DNA of 64,000 nucleotides from Eledone cirrhosa (Eukaryota). A model generated the notes under the pieces. The model did not search any database. It was not told the DNA's origin and saw only the letters and a program-made list of their open reading frames with translations. Below, in pieces: positions 61,065 through 64,000 of the stretch (positions are counted from its first letter, which is position 1; the number at the start of each line of letters is the position of its first letter). The position numbers and the translations under genes are program-made. The DNA lies in contig OZ024740.1 in assembly GCA_964016885.1 (NCBI GenBank), positions 193,378,001 to 193,442,000 of the forward strand, written 5' to 3'.

Positions 61065-63309
61065 AATATGTACATGTGTGTATTCGCGCGTGTGTGTGTG
61101 TGTGTGTGTATTTCTATGTCTCTCTCTCTCTATCTGTCTATCTATGTCTCTTTCTCTCTGAACGGAGTTTAAAAATTCAGTGTTCTGTTCAATTAATGTA
61201 ATATATATATTGTCAAAATAATAGGGTTTATTCAACATTCAGCCTTCCTCTGTATCATAGGTAGGAAGTATACTCTCGTTTCTCCAAAGCATCTAATAAA
61301 TTTAATAACGATAAATATATATATATATTAATGCTGATATTTGTTTTACAAAACAGATAATTTTAACTCACATATCATGCAGTATAGTAATAATTAGCAT
61401 AGCTTTTAGGAAATATACAGATACATATGCGTATAAAACCTAATAGCATGTTACGTTAACAAAACTCTACAAACATAATCACAGTGTCAATAGATATTTA
61501 TCATTGGAAAGCACTTGGCATCTGAATATCACTCGCTTTTGTTTCTTTAAATCACATTATCAATGTCAATTTAATCACGAACTAATTTAATATATATGTA
61601 ATATTCGACAATTTTCGCTGAAGTTAATTCTTCGTAATGGATACTTGCTTCTAGCAGATAGGTGCTGAAAGTATCTCTTAAAACTTCTGTGCCACAATTG
61701 TAACTAAATTCAAAGGTATCTTAAAACATTATTAATATATTCATCTAATACTAAATTGATTAACATAGCCAATCAGGATTTAATATAACCCAGTAATATT
61801 TAGCAATTATCATATTACTAATTAAGAATCTGATACTTTCAAATCAGTAATTCGTTAGCAAATGTATTCCTACTTAATTGAATTGCTAGAAAATTCACGT
61901 AATTTAGTCAGTCGTTGTAGTGAATTCGAAGTATATTATTTCTAATAAAGAATGACGGTATAGTTATAGTTATTCCGGAACAAAAATATTTCATGTATAA
62001 ATATTATTAGATAATGTTCTCACATTGTACAGATATGGAATTGTTATGTAAGAGATGACGGTCTGAATATTTTCCAATATATGATACGAGTGTGTATGGT
62101 TCAATGTATCTACTTGCCTGCTTTACATCGTTTGTTTGACCGTGGGGCCTGCTGATGCTATTTAACTTACACAGCATCTGAAATTTGTCACATATCCACT
62201 AAATAAATGAAACCACTTTCACTTGTTTGAGACAGTGAAGCCCTCACCAAACAGATATATGTCGAAATCCACTCCATCTATGCCCATCTTGATTTTTTAT
62301 GTATCTATAAGTAGGCTCTCCAATATTTCCATCCCTTTTTAAGCAGGTACAGTGTGACTTCTGGGAGTATTTGCAGTGGTTTCTGCCAGATACAAAACTA
62401 CATAGATCTTCCCTCATTTGACGAAAACCAATTGCCCTTGCTGTGTAGCCGCATATCATTTTTGATCGAGCAATACAGCGATCCAACTTCCCAGTTACAT
62501 TGCGTCTCTATCCAAGTAAAGACTTCCCTACACATACAGTAATTGTGAGACCTATAGGGTACAATGTAGCACTCTATTCATAATACAATTTCTCCACTGA
62601 TCTGTATAGATCTTTACGCGCGTTAGGTTCTGGCTGTGTCCACACCGGGGGCTGTTGAATACGGATAAAGGGAAAGAGTTGTTGGCTTACTGCAATTAGT
62701 GTTATTAATAGCCATCCTAGTATGGATATTGGCGCTATTGAAACTTTTGCAATTATTTCTGTGTGTATGTCTTTTTAAATTTGTCTTTGGATGACGAAAC
62801 AGAAATTGCGTTTTCATGATAATGTTTTGGCAATATACTGAAGTTATATATATATTTGGGTATGGAGATAGGTTTTCTATCTAACAGCAGTATATTGTAG
62901 AGGTTGACGATTGCTGCAGAAACAAAATGTGCCTCTCACATGTTCTGCGATTCTTTTCCTTTTTGGCACTTTTGTAAAACAACAATGTGCTCAATAAGCA
63001 CTCCCAGATTACCATAGATTATAATACATATACATTTAATATACTTAGATACTTTCTACCTTGGCCTCAATCACATATTCAAGAACTCCCTGACGCATAG
63101 TAAATTAGAATCACGTTAATTTTTTTACCAGAGAAATTACTTGCCTGTGACGGCTCCAGTATTTTATTCTACACATTTTGTTCATCGAATTCAGGGTCAT
63201 GAGGGAGGGGTGGGAGAATTTGCCTTTTGAAAATCATTCAAACGTGAAACCGGTAAAGTTATTATAAATAAATGTTCTTGAAGATCCTGAATTTCAATGT
63301 CTTTGTTAC

Positions 63310-63712
63310 ACAAGCACACTGACCAAAGGGGTTTTCTTTCAACAAGACTATGCTCCAGCTAACAATCCTTTGGTTTCAAAGGCTTCTATACTGTCTGTGT
63401 TTTAAACTGGTTGTCCATCATATCTATTCTCCTTATCTGGTCTGACCTGACTGTCATCTCTACGCCAACATAAAAAACATCTTGGCTGGAAATAATTATC
63501 ACAGTCATGATGACACCTTATCTGTTGTTGATGACTTTTTTCCCAACAGAATGAAAGCTTTTTCATCAATGGAATCCTAACACTGCAACACCGACGGAAG
63601 AAGTATGTGGACCGCAAGGGCATTATGTTGAAAAATAAACCTCACTTGGTCACATTCCATGAGAGTATCTTGGGCAGCTTATGAACTGTCTTTTCAGCCG
63701 ACCCTCGCATAT
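63310..63712 (+). mobile_element. Mariner (Tc1/mariner) transposase C-terminal remnant with 3' TIR
   Basis: GVFFQQDYAPA, HHIYSPYLV*PDCHLY (HPPYSPDLAPSDYHLF-like), LAG..Y..DD...VDDFF..Q.ESFF..GI..LQHR.KK.VDR; ends ttttcagccgaccctcg(c)a-TA. Confidence 0.8.
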
Positions 63713-64000
63713 AAATATATATATATACATATATATAAAATAGAAAAAAACAAGAAGTTTTTTCCTATCTTATACATTCTGCCTGTGCATAGAGTGCTTG
63801 ATTTTGTTCCAACAGCAGTAAGTCAATGTATTACCCACACTATTGCTTAAGTTTATTTTAAAAACTACCCGGTCGAGAGCTTAATTCGATTTGTGCAGTT
63901 TTTGCAATTATTGCATTAATTTTAAACTTACTGAATTCATTTACCAGAGTTACACACGTGATTTTACTACTACATACCACTGCGTGATCCTACACGCTGG

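Noticed and set aside
62150-63260. Higher-complexity region that might be a decayed transposon
   Set aside because: No convincing protein motif in the frames examined.

Overview
AT-rich eukaryotic (animal) genomic DNA dense in (TA)n/(CA)n/(GA)n microsatellites, with no recognisable intact host gene. The SINE and LINE content suggests a mollusc, probably a coleoid cephalopod (inference). The 2-40 kb region is dominated by Penelope-like elements (PLEs: RT + GIY-YIG) and their derivatives. There are four coding PLE remnants, two of them Naiad-like, and many short fold-back (inverted-repeat) PLE termini inserted in (TA)n. Most notable are three related subfamilies of non-coding 420-540 bp tandem repeats, each unit carrying a type I hammerhead ribozyme (HHR) with a palindromic ACTAGT stem III. 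The largest is a near-homogeneous 15 x 465-466 bp array at 25.8-32.75 kb. These look like non-LTR 'retrozymes' (circRNA-forming, PLE-mobilised). They show compensatory base changes, a shared insertion terminus next to a conserved hairpin, PLE-type terminal inversions and head-to-head fusions to PLE sequence. The right half holds decayed RTE and R4-like LINEs (one RTE with a twin-priming inversion), tRNA-derived SINEs with target-site duplications and a mariner remnant. Most ORFs in the supplied track are microsatellite artefacts.
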